DNA of 34,714 nt from IMG/VR virus record IMGVR_UViG_2740892487_000001; one strand, given 5' to 3'. The position numbers were made by a program, and so were the translations under genes. Every line of letters starts with the position of its first letter. Position 1 is the first letter of the stretch. Shown here one piece after another: positions 1 through 11,166 of this stretch. This DNA comes from a virus (lineage: Duplodnaviria > Heunggongvirae > Uroviricota > Caudoviricetes). The notes beneath the pieces are model-generated. The model worked only from the letters and a program-made list of their open reading frames with translations, was not told the origin of the DNA and did no database searches.

Positions 1-157
1 CATAATAGCGCTGAGGTCTGCCTCGTGAAGAAGGTGTTGCTGACTCATACCAGGCCTGAATAGCTTCATCATCCAGCCAGAAAGTTATGGAGCCACGGTT
101 GATGAGGGCTTTATTGTAGGTGGGCCAGTTGGTGATTTTGAACTTTTGCTTTGCCAC
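1..157 (-). CDS. IS903-family transposase, 5' portion (GTG start at 157; truncated by window edge)
   Basis: Minus-strand translation from GTG reads (M)AKQKFKITNWPTYNKALINRGSITFWLDDEAIQAWYESATPSSRGRPQRY, recalled as the IS903 transposase N-terminus. No ATG in frame; GTG start inferred. Confidence 0.7.
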   Translation of the reverse strand, partial: MAKQKFKITNWPTYNKALINRGSITFWLDDEAIQAWYESATPSSRGRPQRYY

Positions 158-234
158 GGAACGGTCTGCGTTGTCGGGAAGATACGTGATCTGATCCTTC
201 AACTCAGCAAAAGTTCGATTTATTCAACAAAGCC
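1..234 (-). mobile_element. IS903-group (IS5 family) insertion sequence, terminal part; inverted repeat at 216-234, element continues beyond window start
   Basis: Reverse complement of 216-234 is GGCTTTGTTGAATAAATCG, which I recall as the IS903 terminal inverted repeat; the adjacent minus-strand reading frame matches the IS903 transposase N-terminus. Confidence 0.75.
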
Positions 235-337
235 TATCATACAATGTGTTGACTCAATTTTATGGCACGGAACAACTTTTAGAATGAATGTGATAGAATC
301 ACGCGAAATTTCGCATTATATGTAGAGAGAAAACTTA

Positions 338-2340
338 ATGCTTAAGTATAGGAAAGAGCTTGATGGATTGCGTTGTTTGGCAGTGATGGCTGTCATCATT
401 TATCACTCTGGCATTTCTTTGTTTGGAGTAAAGATATTCAAAGGCGGATTCTTTGGAGTTGATGTCTTCCTGGTTCTTTCAGGATATTTAATTACAGATA
501 TCATTATAAATAAACTTGATAGCCGCTCTTTCTCACTAACTGACTTCTATTGGAGACGCATAAAGAGAATTGTTCCTGCTCTTATTGCTATGCTTGTAGT
601 TACATCGATAGTGGCTTATAAAATTCTTCTACCAAATGACTTAGTAAAATTCTCTGAATCTCTCATTTCTGCTATTTATTTTGGTTCTAATTATTATTTT
701 CTTGGTGAAGATAGCTATGTATCAAATGCAAGTATATTTAAACCACTCCTTCATACATGGAGTCTTGCTGTTGAATGGCAATTCTACGTATTTTATCCAT
801 TCTTATTGATTTTTATAAATAAATTTATTAAGAAATACAGAGTATTACTTCTTATATTGATTTCTGTTTCATCTATTGTGTATGCAAATATTATAGTTAG
901 CAGTTACCCTGACTTAGCATTCTATACGCTACTACCAAGGGCATGGGAATTAATTCTTGGTGGAATTGTGTCTTTTTTTTGTAAAAGAAAGAAGAAGCAA
1001 TATACATAAAGACCAATCATCTTTAACTTCGTTTCTGCCAGTAATTGGAATGTTGATGATTGTTTATTCAATGTTGTTTTTTGGAAATAACATCAAACAC
1101 CCTTCATTTATCACCCTAATACCTGTAGCTGGTTCATGTTTGATAATCGCATTTGCAAATGGTGCCGATTTAATATCTAAAATATTATCCTTGCGTCCGA
1201 TTGTCTTTATTGGCTTGATATCATATTCTCTATATTTATGGCATCAACCTGTTTTTGTTTTTTACAGGATATTATTTAGTGAAAATATCACTCCTTATTA
1301 CTGTGTAGTATTAGCATCAATTTCAATTGTTATTTCGTCTTTTTTCATATTTTTTTATTGAAAAACCATATAGAGCAAAACATGTTAAAAGTAAGAATAC
1401 AATAGTATTAGCAACATCTCTGTCAGCATTGCTTGCTTTCTCTATTTATGCAAAGGCCGATGGGGGTTTTCAGTGGCGTCTTGCAGGCATTCTGAAAGAA
1501 ACCTATGAAATGTACAAAGAACCAGAGTTCAGGAAATTGGCAGATTATTCAAATATTGGTAAAAGTTTAAGAGGTGAACCTGATAGTTATTTATGTGGTT
1601 TACGTTCTCTTGATAACCCGTGTAGCTTTGGCGGTGATGACATCATCGTATTAGGAGATAGCTATGCTGGACAATATGCACCAACAATTTTAGATTACTC
1701 AAAAGAAAATAACAAAGGGATGTTATCTCTCACGTATGAGCAATGTCCATTTGTGAGTGATATGTGGTTTGGCAATGTTCCTGAATGTGTGGTTGTCAAT
1801 GAGCAAAGATGGAAAGCCATTGATTCTCTTAAGGGGAAGAAAACTATTTTTATAGCTGCTAATTATGATCAATTCCCGCTTGCTAAGGCTCCTGTGTCAT
1901 CTCCTTTAGAGATGGCGAAGCAAAATTTTAGTGGCGGAGATTTTTTAGGTGGCGAGCAGGCATATATCTCTCTATCGAATAATGTTAAGAAACTCGTGTC
2001 CAAGGGGCATGATGTATATATTGTATACCCAACCCCTAATCCTTCTGAAGATGTTGCCAACATAGTATTCTCAAAACTAAGATCTATCAATTATAAGTTT
2101 GAGACAACATACACAAGCAGCAGAAATGGGCTTAACTTAGCAAAACAACAATCCGATATATTAGATAAATATATTCCTGACATGAAAGGATTGCATAAGA
2201 TAAAACCTATAAAAACTTTATGTGATGACAATGGTTGTAGAATAATTGACCATAACGGCGGATTATATAATGTTGGTTTTCACTTATCTAAATCTGGTGT
2301 TAAAGAAATACTTAATGATAACGGCTTTGTAATTAATTAG
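338..2340 (+). CDS. Membrane O-acetyltransferase (acyltransferase-3 domain, OafA/Oac-like) with C-terminal SGNH-type domain; frame broken twice at T-runs (973-980 and ~1339-1354)
   Basis: The three track ORFs 338-1009, 957-1361 and 1327-2340 join if one T is removed at each run. N-terminus MLKYRKELDGLRCLAVMAVIIYHS and multiple hydrophobic segments are typical of acyltransferase-3; the C-terminal part contains GDSYAG. Visibly AT-rich. Confidence 0.7.
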
Positions 2341-2370
2341 TTTATTTTGTCCACCAACATTATCAATACT

Positions 2371-2402
2371 AAAAAAACAGCGGCAATTTCGCCGCTGTTT
2401 TT
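2371..2402. terminator. Bidirectional intrinsic terminator between the convergent acetyltransferase and tailspike genes
   Basis: A7 - CAGCGGC - aatttc - GCCGCTG - T5: GC stem flanked by A-run and T-run, placed between two convergent stop codons. Confidence 0.7.
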
Positions 2403-4348
2403 ATATAAAATAAGTAACAGAACCAATTATCTCAGCATTATTACCTAGAACATTTAGTTGTACATTCATATTACCAGCGACAGATGTAGCTCCTGTAAAT
2501 GTTATGTAATTACTTTCAGCATCAACCCTAGGCAATAGCGCAGCCACAGCCGTAGTTAAGTTATTGTAATACCCAATAGATCCAACAGAAGTAGCCCCTG
2601 GTCGTGACAAAAAAAGGTAATCCACCTATCCTATAACCATCTCCACTTCCAATAATCGTTATCCCTATGTGAAAACTTGCGGTCACTACATCACCAGTTC
2701 TTGTATAACTTCCAACTTGTTTATAGTAGGAGGCATTTCCGCCTACAGTCGGAATCCAAACTCCAGTTTCTATATCACCACACGACCAGTCTTCTGCTGT
2801 TGTTAGTTTTCCAGTAACAATAAATTTACTTCCACCACCAGAATTATAAGGAACAAAAATTGGTTTTATTCTTGCATAAGTGTTACCGATCTGCTCATTA
2901 AGATCATTTCTATCAATAAGAACTTGACCATTTTCGAAGTTTGAAATCTGGCAGTCTGTTACACTCCAGTCTCTTAACTTCACATCAGCATCCATGACAC
3001 CAATAAGCTTACCAGCATTACCAATTTTTTCTTTATGCATATTTACATACACATTTCTTACCGTAACAGACTGAGGGAACAAATAATTATCAGGATTAGT
3101 TTTATCACTTAAAACAGATATTACCCAAGGTCTGTGTTGAGTACTTACTTCACAATAAAATCCATCAATAAGCGTTCCAGATGCCGCTGGTCCAAGTAGT
3201 ATTCCACCTGTAGAGTGATGCGCACTACCTCCAATTACTCGCCCCTTAACGCAGTTAATATAGGCAAAATATCCTAAATCTTGATTGTTATATGCTGCCA
3301 TGGCGCAATCTCTTATTGTAACTCTAGAGTTCCCACCATCATATGCACTGCCATCCGTTTTTTTACCAGGTAAAGAAATGAAATTACCTATTGCAATATC
3401 ACTAAAAAATGTTTTTTTATAGCATCCTTCTATAAGGATATCCCAGTTTTCAAACTGAGCATATATATCATAAGAATCCTTATTACCATAATCAATAAAA
3501 TCACAATATTGTATTTTTGGTGTAAAAACAAAGCTCTTTACCATTATTCCAAACTTTGCATTTTGACCACCAGTGAATCTAATTCCATAAATTACATAAT
3601 CACCTTGATAAAAATTATCTGCTGTTGGTTGATCTTCGTCAGTTGGATCTCCACACTTAACTGCAGCGTCAGTTCCAGTATAGTTTATTGTTGCTCCTTT
3701 AAAAGAGTATAAAGTAACAGGTCTAATTAAATTCAATGACTCGCTAATAAGATAATTTCCATCTGGAAAGTACACGGATACTGGTGGAGAATATTTAGGT
3801 CTTGTGTTAACGTAATCTTTAAGTTTGAGCACCGCAGCATCATCATTCGTGCCATCACCTTTAAACCCAAAGTCTTTCGCGCTCACAAAATCTGCATTTT
3901 TATCGTGCTGTGCTCTCTCGATTGCCATAGAGAGGGGTTGTTTTACACGAACAACTGAATCATCAACTAATAATGGCCCATTTTCAGATAGCAATCTTTC
4001 CTGAAATTGATCAGGGTCATATTTCAGCACATTAGGGAAATAGAACTGCTGCGTGCCATACGCATCATATACAGCCATAGAATGGCCTTGCACAGTTACG
4101 AATTTGGCAATCTGCCCGTTATATACCGGATATCCAGCAGCGTTAATGATGATTGGCTGTGCAACAGAAACGTGAGAGCCGTCTTCGTTTTCCACATAAA
4201 CCTGAATCTGGTTTTCAGGATTTACAGGGTCAGTGTCAATTTTACCGATATAAATTTTGCCATTGGCTACGGCTTTAAAAGAACGAGCCATAGTGAAGAG
4301 TTGCGAAGGCATGCTTACCACAACATTGGCATTTATTGAATCTGTCAT
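2401..4348 (-). CDS. Tailspike protein: P22-like head-binding N-terminal domain plus a different beta-helix-like receptor-binding/depolymerase domain; frame broken at A7 (2608-2614)
   Basis: N-terminus [60 protein letters not shown] closely matches the P22 gp9 head-binding domain as I recall it; the rest diverges. ORFs 2561-4393 and 2401-2625 join if the run is A6. Confidence 0.85.
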
Positions 4349-4434
4349 TTTAATTTCTCTATATGTTAAGCAAGCAATATTCATTGCTAGCATGTTTTTG
4401 TATAATGAGTGAACTTTATTTAAAGGTGGTTAAC

Positions 4435-4945
4435 ATGAACTGGAACGAAGTATTCGTATTAAAAGACGATGGACTCCTGTACTGGAGTGACCAATATCTT
4501 TCAAGACCCAAAATGTTCAATATCTCTAAAGAAAAGCCTGCAGGACATATATTCAAGGACAAGAACAGGAAAACATCTTATATAATTATCAGGTATCAAG
4601 ATAAAATATACGCCGCCCATAGGATAATATGGGAAATGTTTTATGGTGAAATCCCTTCAGGAATGCAAATTGACCATAAAGATGGTAATGGGTTAAATAA
4701 TTCAATAGACAACCTGCGTCTAGTTAGTCTCGGTGAAAACCTAAAAAAACAAATCTAAATACACAAACAATACATCCGGGTGCGCAGGTGTTTCATGGCA
4801 TAAGACCCATAAAAAGTGGGTGGCATATATTAGCGACGCAGGGAAGCGCATTAATCTCGGATACTTTAAGTGTCTCGATGATGCAATTGCTGTAAGGCGT
4901 GAGGCTGAAAAGACCTATGGTTATCATGAGAATCATGGTAGGTGA
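4435..4945 (+). CDS. HNH endonuclease with C-terminal AP2 DNA-binding domain (homing-endonuclease-like); frame broken at A7 (4743-4749)
   Basis: HNH motif QIDHKDGNGLNNSIDNLRLVS; after the stop at 4758 the +1 frame continues NTSGCAGVSWHKTHKKWVAYISDAGKRINLGYFKCLDDAIAVRREAEKTYGYHENHGR (AP2-like). Shine-Dalgarno-like AAAGGTGG before the ATG at 4435. Confidence 0.7.
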
Positions 4946-5012
4946 TATCTGACATTTCATTGCTCCAGATACAAGGAATCGCCGCAGCGTAGCTACGGTG
5001 AATTTTGGGCAT

Positions 5013-5035
5013 AAAAAAACCCAGCCGAAGCTGGG
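5013..5035 (-). terminator. Intrinsic terminator downstream of ant
   Basis: Minus strand reads CCCAGC-TTCG-GCTGGG followed by T7, just after the ant stop codon. Confidence 0.7.
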
Positions 5036-5054
5036 TCGTTGCGTTGGTTATCTG

Positions 5055-5957
5055 TCAGTAGTTATGTACTGAAGGAGGTAATTCTTTATTCTTAAGTCTC
5101 ATCCATGCGGAAAGATTCGTTGGTCCGTCTGGCTCATTAATATCAACATCTCGTGTGTGGTTTATTAAAACGTCTCTCGCCATTCCGATAACATACGAGA
5201 ATTCATGACCGTAGTCGTAGCATCTGCCGGAATAGTTCGATTGAATTTGTTTTAATGCCGGATACAGTTCGCGGAATAATGCCTGTGAGCGGTTGGCATA
5301 ATCCCATAGCCATACAAGGCTGTTTGCTTCTTTTGCAGAAAGCTCGTTGGTTTTCTTCTCTTGTTTGCCGATGAACTCGCCTTCAAGCACTACCCTGTGG
5401 ATGTACTCTACTGCTTGCGGTATCTGAGATGAATCAAGCTCTTCAATACTTTCCACGTTGAAACGCTGATGAATCATTGCATAAGCTTCTGGGTACATTA
5501 GATGCTTTTTGCTGACTAGCATATTTACAGCATCACGAAGCGGAGTCCTGTCATCAACAGATGTTTTCTTACGTGCATTTTCTGCCTTTCCCTTCGTCCA
5601 GTAGTCATGCAGCACAGTAAAGCATTCTTCCTGGTACTGAATCAGTTTATCGCGGATGTCAGCACGAACTTTCTCAGGGTTGATGCTGAACAGCCATCCA
5701 TTTAACTTCTTCAAAGGAAGGCAGAGTAGCCTACGAAGCTTACCATCAGCGGCAACCATGTTCATATGAACACAGTTGAATTTGCTAATCTGCTTCATGA
5801 GTTTTGTTTGCTGCGTTGACCAGCTCATTCCAAGGTTTTTAACGATTGGCTTCATCGCAACATATGCAACTCCGGCAGTCATGGCGGTGATAATCTGCTG
5901 ACCATTGAAAGGTACGTAAGAGGTGTTCACTGCTTCTAAAATTGCTATACTATTCAT
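5055..5957 (-). CDS. ant: Antirepressor Ant (P22 immI type; N-terminal part conserved, C-terminal half divergent)
   Basis: From the ATG at 5957: [39 protein letters not shown]..., recalled as the P22 Ant N-terminus; sits directly downstream of arc as in P22. Confidence 0.85.
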   Translation of the reverse strand: MNSIAILEAVNTSYVPFNGQQIITAMTAGVAYVAMKPIVKNLGMSWSTQQTKLMKQISKFNCVHMNMVAADGKLRRLLCLPLKKLNGWLFSINPEKVRADIRDKLIQYQEECFTVLHDYWTKGKAENARKKTSVDDRTPLRDAVNMLVSKKHLMYPEAYAMIHQRFNVESIEELDSSQIPQAVEYIHRVVLEGEFIGKQEKKTNELSAKEANSLVWLWDYANRSQALFRELYPALKQIQSNYSGRCYDYGHEFSYVIGMARDVLINHTRDVDINEPDGPTNLSAWMRLKNKELPPSVHNY

Positions 5958-6025
5958 GTTGGTTTTTCTCCACGAATTTACTGACAACAGAAGCCCTGAC
6001 TGTTCCCGCAGTTGGGGCTTCAACT

Positions 6026-6187
6026 TTACGCGCCAATACGCCCTTCCTTCTTAAAGCTGTCCATTACTCTCTGATAAATCTCAGAGTTAACAGACCGACC
6101 ATTCTCTTCCGCCACCTTGCGTACCAAATCCAATACTTCTTTAGGCCACCGCAAATTGAACTGCGGCATTTTGCTCATTCCTTTCAT
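6026..6187 (-). CDS. arc: Arc repressor (ribbon-helix-helix)
   Basis: [53 protein letters not shown] is near-identical to P22 Arc as recalled. Confidence 0.95.
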   Translation of the reverse strand: MKGMSKMPQFNLRWPKEVLDLVRKVAEENGRSVNSEIYQRVMDSFKKEGRIGA

Positions 6188-6201
6188 GTTCACCTCACAA
6201 T

Positions 6202-6222
6202 ATAGGTCCACGGTGGACCTAT
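6202..6222. promoter_or_regulatory. Mnt operator (O_mnt), perfect palindrome
   Basis: ATAGGTCCACGGTGGACCTAT, recalled as the P22 mnt operator; lies between divergent arc and mnt. Confidence 0.85.
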
Positions 6223-6229
6223 TGAGAAT

Positions 6230-6250
6230 ATAGTAGAGTGCTTCTATCAT
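6230..6250. promoter_or_regulatory. Arc operator (O_arc) / Pant region
   Basis: ATAGTAGAGTGCTTCTATCAT, recalled as the P22 arc operator; immediately upstream of arc. Confidence 0.85.
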
Positions 6251-6277
6251 GTCAATACACTAACTTGGAGTGATGGC

Positions 6278-6532
6278 ATGGCTAGAGATGATCCGCACTT
6301 TAACTTCCGCATGCCTTTGGAAGTAAGAGAAAAATTAAAATACAGAGCAGAGTCAAATGGTAGATCAATGAACTCAGAATTGTTGCAAATCGTCCAAGAT
6401 GCTCTATCGAGACCATCTCCTGTAAAAGGTTATCGCAATGAAGCTGAACGATTAGCCGAGATGCAGGCTGAACAGTTCAAGTCTGTGGTATTTGAGACAC
6501 TTAAAAACATGTATGGCAAGGATGCAAAATGA
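6278..6532 (+). CDS. mnt: Mnt repressor (ribbon-helix-helix)
   Basis: MARDDPHFNFRMPLEVREKLKYRAESNGRSMNSELLQIVQDALSRPSPVKGYRNEAERLAEMQAEQFKSVVFETLKNMYGKDAK matches P22 Mnt as recalled. Confidence 0.95.
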   Translation: MARDDPHFNFRMPLEVREKLKYRAESNGRSMNSELLQIVQDALSRPSPVKGYRNEAERLAEMQAEQFKSVVFETLKNMYGKDAK

Positions 6533-6590
6533 TCGATTACAACCCAGCAAAAAAAAGAAATCATCGCAGCTAAAAAAGTGCCTAGAGCAG

Positions 6591-7112
6591 ATGAAATCAT
6601 CTACAAACCATGATGATTTTGAAATGCACTGGCGAGAATGTCTTGGGCATATAGAAAAGTCTTTCAGTAAGTTGCTCTGTGCAACAAAGCCGGTTAGTGG
6701 AAAATTTAGCAGCCACTTCAACCAAAAGTTCATGCTTAGAAAAACAGACAAAACACTTGCTTACCTTCACCAAGCAAGAAATGCTGATCATCATTCCACT
6801 ATGGAAATCTCAAAACTTGAACCTCCTTATACTACTCTTGGGGCATTTCCGGGAGCAAGAAGCCATTATATTAAAGAGTTAATCATTGATTCAACAGGGA
6901 AAATAGCAAAATACGAAGGCGACCCTATGATAGTTGAGTTTCATCCAGCAACAACTATGCCTATAACCGTAAGAAACCAAGGCAAAGATTATCCACCTCC
7001 AACAGAACATCTTGGCGAAAAGCTTGTTGATATACATCCATCTGTTCTTGCCTATCTCGGTATACAATTTTATGAAAAATGGATAGATGAGTCGTGTGCA
7101 ACGTTTAGATAG
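6591..7112 (+). CDS. Hypothetical protein, AT-rich cargo gene downstream of mnt (start uncertain; an ATG at 6529 overlaps the mnt stop but runs in another frame across an A8 tract)
   Basis: Long ORF 6492-7112 with a visibly AT-rich composition unlike the flanking phage backbone; no family recognised from sequence. Confidence 0.5.
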   Translation: MKSSTNHDDFEMHWRECLGHIEKSFSKLLCATKPVSGKFSSHFNQKFMLRKTDKTLAYLHQARNADHHSTMEISKLEPPYTTLGAFPGARSHYIKELIIDSTGKIAKYEGDPMIVEFHPATTMPITVRNQGKDYPPPTEHLGEKLVDIHPSVLAYLGIQFYEKWIDESCATFR

Positions 7113-7279
7113 TTATTTTTGATAATTTCAAGTATTTCCTCTTGACTTTGATTTACCCAAACGTGATCACACTCATGAAACCAGATTATGCTTCCTGTTT
7201 CGCCTTGTGCAATATAGGTGATCATGTTTTCATTAACAATTATTACTGAGTTATCATGTGCGCAATTTAGTTTTATCAA
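7070..7279 (-). CDS. Hypothetical small protein (69 aa), AT-rich, 3' end overlaps the preceding gene
   Basis: ORF only; no recognisable motif. Confidence 0.25.
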   Translation of the reverse strand: MIKLNCAHDNSVIIVNENMITYIAQGETGSIIWFHECDHVWVNQSQEEILEIIKNNYLNVAHDSSIHFS

Positions 7280-7341
7280 TTCGCATATCCTATCGTGACA
7301 AAGTAACTAGAAAAACTAAAGAGGTTGGTGTGTCTGATTCT

Positions 7342-7825
7342 ATGAGTTACGCTGTGCTAGTTGCCGCAACTCTATTTATGGGGATAGGGTTGCAGATTGC
7401 GTGGTTCTTTTTTTTCTAGTTTTATTAAACGCAAAAGAATTGAATCAAGGATATCTGAGATTTCTATTGCTATAGGGAAAAATGCTGAAAATCCAGAGAA
7501 TGAGGCCTGCGCACTGAATTACCTTAAAGAAAAGTTTTCCCCTGAAAAATTTGAAAATAGAATTACTGATGCTCTTGGATTGGTAATATCAGTAATTCAT
7601 ATGCCACTAAGTTTGCTGATAACAGTGTGGTACTTCGCCATGATCGCCGGAAGAATATTTGGTTTCATGAATATAGAGCCTGTAGTTCTTTGGGTTCCAA
7701 TGATACTGCAACTGTTGTTAAGCGTTGCTATCTTTATTTTTTCTGTTTTTATAAAAATTGTCTTTGGAAGATATCCCGGAGAAGCTAAGGGATTTAATAA
7801 AGAATTCATAAAAACTATAAAATAA
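7342..7825 (+). CDS. Putative inner-membrane superinfection-exclusion protein (SieA-like by position); frame broken at T8 (7408-7415)
   Basis: ATG at 7342 gives [24 protein letters not shown] and rejoins ORF 7397-7825 if the run is T7. Several hydrophobic segments; lies between the gp16 and mnt homologs where P22 carries sieA. Confidence 0.45.
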
Positions 7826-7847
7826 ATGCCGTCCTTGGCTTACAGTG

Positions 7848-9694
7848 CTACTGCCGGGTCGCTTCGTTAGCTAAGAGCGGGCGCACGGCAGTAGCAGCCT
7901 GATTTAGCGCTCTTTCATAAGCTGGCGTTCCAGCTTTAGTGTTTGCCAGACGTAAGAGCGCATTCCTTGCTGCTTTGGACTCATACAAACGCATCATTGC
8001 ACCGAAACCAGCCTCAAGCCCCATTGATACGCCAAGAGTCGCAGTTGCGCCAATCGTCCTTATCCTGTTGGCTTGAGATTGCCCCGTCTGAGTTACTACA
8101 TTTGCGGTGTCTGATCTTGCTGTTTGCTGTAGAACTTCATGAAGAGCATCAAGTTCTTTCATGTGCTTTCCAGAAAAAATAGTGTTGTAAATTTCACCGC
8201 CTGACTGAGATTTCAGCTTATTAACTTCCGTGATGAACTTGGCTGGAGAGTCACCGGCCTTTTCCGCTATTTTGCTGACGTAAGCTGCACGCATAGCATC
8301 TTTCCCTTTATCATCCAATGCGCTCCAGATTCGTTTCACGTCAGATGGTTTTCTGCTTAATACAACGGTATTTATAAGTTCAGGACTGGCTTCACTGTTT
8401 GCCTTGTTGAGCTTGTTAGCAATGTTTTTATTAAGCACCTTATTATAAACGTTTGCATAATCGGAATTTGCTTTAAGGTATTTTGCTGCGTCTGACGCAC
8501 CGAGGTTTTTTGCAACTGCGTTACGAAGGTCTTTTGACATTGCATTCTCTACCATATTGGTAGCTGCTTTTGCCTGGTTGGGGAAGACCATAGCATCTCC
8601 CTGAACATTAGATCTAAATGCTGTTCTGTGCTGACGCAATAGATCAAACGTAACATCCAAATCAGTTGCAGGGTTTGCTAATTCTTCACGTAGGTTACGC
8701 AAGGATGTAAGCAGGCTTTGATTGGCTGAAGTCCCAAGCCGTTCCTGTCTTGCGATCGCTGTATTCAGAGCATTCATGGTATTTGTGGTATCAACTGCGG
8801 CATTACCCATTTTATTGGTGACGTCATTGATAACAGCGCCAGCAGCATCCTTCCGCCCCCTTAACGTGGTGGTCAGAGATTTCACCACATCATCAGGGTT
8901 GTACTCACCAAAACGGTCAAAATAATTGCTTACCAGCTTACTACGCGTTGCATATTGCTCCGCTCGCTTTGAGCCTGTCCCGAGCAAAGCCCCCTCGGCA
9001 TCCTGAGTAAGGCCGCGAGTGAAAGCATTTTTCGGCGGGATAACATCAGATGTCATTGGTGTCACACCCATTGATTCTGAGGTGGCAATTTTTTTTTTTT
9101 CGCTACTTCTGGCGCGATATCGCCTTTTATAGCCGTTATTCCACGCCCTATTCCCTTTGCTGCTGCGGAAAGAACACCCTGAGCGGCAAGGTTAACTCCG
9201 GCATTTATGGCTGCATTTTGCGCGAAATCACCTTTCTGGTTTGCGGCTTCTGCCAGTGATCCAATAGCCATGCTTCCTGCCGTTCCAACTCCTGGAACTA
9301 AATACCCGCCAATTGTTTCTCCAGCTTGCGCATAAGGGTCTGTCGGTCGATCGACAGGGCGATAAACATCATCCAAAACCTTGGGACCACCAAGACCCTG
9401 GCTGATTGCATTAATCAGACTTGCGCCACCCTGCAATACGTCAAATGGTATGTTTACCAGACCACGACCAGCCTGCTCTGCAATTTGCCCTGCACTTTGA
9501 CCACCTGTGAGCCAATCGCCAGCTTGTTGCATCAATGATGGTTCTTCCTGTGTTGGTGCATTATTGGCCTGATTAACTGTTTGTTGCTGAACAGCCTGAC
9601 CAGCAAAATACTCATCAATGGCGGTGCCAATATCTTCGGTGCTCGTACCATCAGGAAAGGTAAATGTCTTACCGTTTGCAGTTACTTTCATCAT
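7848..9694 (-). CDS. Ejection (injection) protein gp16-like; frame broken at the T12 run 9089-9100 (A-run encoding KKKK on the coding strand)
   Basis: N-terminus [32 protein letters not shown] resembles P22 gp16; ORFs 9062-9694 and 7848-9071 join with a length change in the homopolymer. Confidence 0.8.
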
Positions 9695-11157
9695 TCCACC
9701 GTAAATTGAATGCCTGATTTTGAGGTATATGATCCGGATTGACTCTGCTGCGGTTGGGTATTTGTCGGTTGTTGGCTATTGCTCTGTTGTTGACTATTTG
9801 CAGCACTTGAAACCACCAAAGCATCATAAACGCGACCAGACTGACCACGTAACGAGTTATATTGGCCCTGCATTTTTCGCATTTTTGTTTCAGTAGCAGC
9901 CTTGGAATCACCGGGCTGAGGCAGGTACATTTTGGAATACTCCTGCATCTCTGGCAGAGTAATTGCTGCACCTGTTTCTGGGCGCAAAATTGCATACAAG
10001 GCGTCTCTCGCATTTACCATATATTGCTGCTCCGCTGGTGATAGGCTTAAATTTGCAATAGTCCCATCACCAAGAGAGCGATTTATTAATGCAACTCGCT
10101 TAGGGTCAATGCTTTTACTAAGCTGATTCATTGAGTCCATTGAATCTTTTAATCGCAAAGCAAATCCTGCCGCCTTCTTGGAACCCTCATTAGCCTTATC
10201 TATGATGCTTTGCGCTTGTGGCAAGCTAATTGGTTTAATGCCATCACCAGATATAGGTTGGTTTAGTTTTCCGGCTTCCTCGCTGCCATCGGTGTAATAC
10301 TTAGTTACCGAGCCATCAGGATTGGTTTCAACCTTAAGTAATTTCTTAGCATTGGGATTAATTCCCGCCGCTGCCGCAAATGCTGCTGCACCATCTGGAT
10401 CCGCCTTTAACATTTGCGCGTACTGATTGTAATTCTGCATTGCGGCTGTTGGTGCATATGCTGACGTTAACGCATTTGCTCGGCTAATATCCTGCCCTCT
10501 CGCCTGAAGTGCTTCGCTGGCCTGATTGCTGCGGATTGTCTCTGCCAGCCTGCCTCGGTCAATTTCACGACCAGCCATCTTATCCTGAACATTGAAGTAA
10601 TCAATCGGACCAAGCGCGGCCATTCCAAGGTGATCAACAAACTCACCAAATCCTGAAGGATTCTGCTGATACATCTGAGCAACGTTATTAGGGTCAACAC
10701 CGACGCGCGCCAGCTCATTGGCGTTGTTTTGCAGCCATGATTGCATTGCTTCTGGAGACGATGACGCAAGGCGTGCGCCAGCCGCTAAGGTGCCGATAGA
10801 ATTACGCTGATCTTCATCAATGAATCCCATGCCTTTACGAACGGATTCAATCTGGTCTGGATATTGAGTAGCCAACTGACGCAAAGCACCGCGATCACCA
10901 GACGCATAAGCATTAGCGTACGCCTGCTGAAATTCTTTCTGCCGCTGAGCCTGCTTTTCCTGCTGAAACACCCCTGCAATACCTGAAAGACCTTGCAAAG
11001 CAGTCAGCCCAACATTGTTAGCGCCTGAACGCTCAATATCATTGTTCTGCCTGATAAGCTGAAGCGTATTGCCGATGTCATTTACGCTCGGAGCGTTTGA
11101 GTTGACGCCGCCGATACCAGCTAACAATCCACCATTTGATCCTTGCCAAGTAGCCAT
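9691..11157 (-). CDS. Ejection protein gp20-like
   Basis: 488-aa ORF in the P22 gene-20 position between the gp7 and gp16 homologs; assigned by gene order and size. Confidence 0.75.
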   Translation of the reverse strand: MATWQGSNGGLLAGIGGVNSNAPSVNDIGNTLQLIRQNNDIERSGANNVGLTALQGLSGIAGVFQQEKQAQRQKEFQQAYANAYASGDRGALRQLATQYPDQIESVRKGMGFIDEDQRNSIGTLAAGARLASSSPEAMQSWLQNNANELARVGVDPNNVAQMYQQNPSGFGEFVDHLGMAALGPIDYFNVQDKMAGREIDRGRLAETIRSNQASEALQARGQDISRANALTSAYAPTAAMQNYNQYAQMLKADPDGAAAFAAAAGINPNAKKLLKVETNPDGSVTKYYTDGSEEAGKLNQPISGDGIKPISLPQAQSIIDKANEGSKKAAGFALRLKDSMDSMNQLSKSIDPKRVALINRSLGDGTIANLSLSPAEQQYMVNARDALYAILRPETGAAITLPEMQEYSKMYLPQPGDSKAATETKMRKMQGQYNSLRGQSGRVYDALVVSSAANSQQQSNSQQPTNTQPQQSQSGSYTSKSGIQFTVE

Positions 11158-11166
11158 GATTACCCC

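Noticed and set aside
7855-7915. 10-bp inverted repeat GCTACTGCCG...CGGCAGTAGC near the gp16 stop
   Set aside because: It has a loop of about 29 nt, no adjacent T-run, and lies within the gp16 coding sequence; most likely coincidental.
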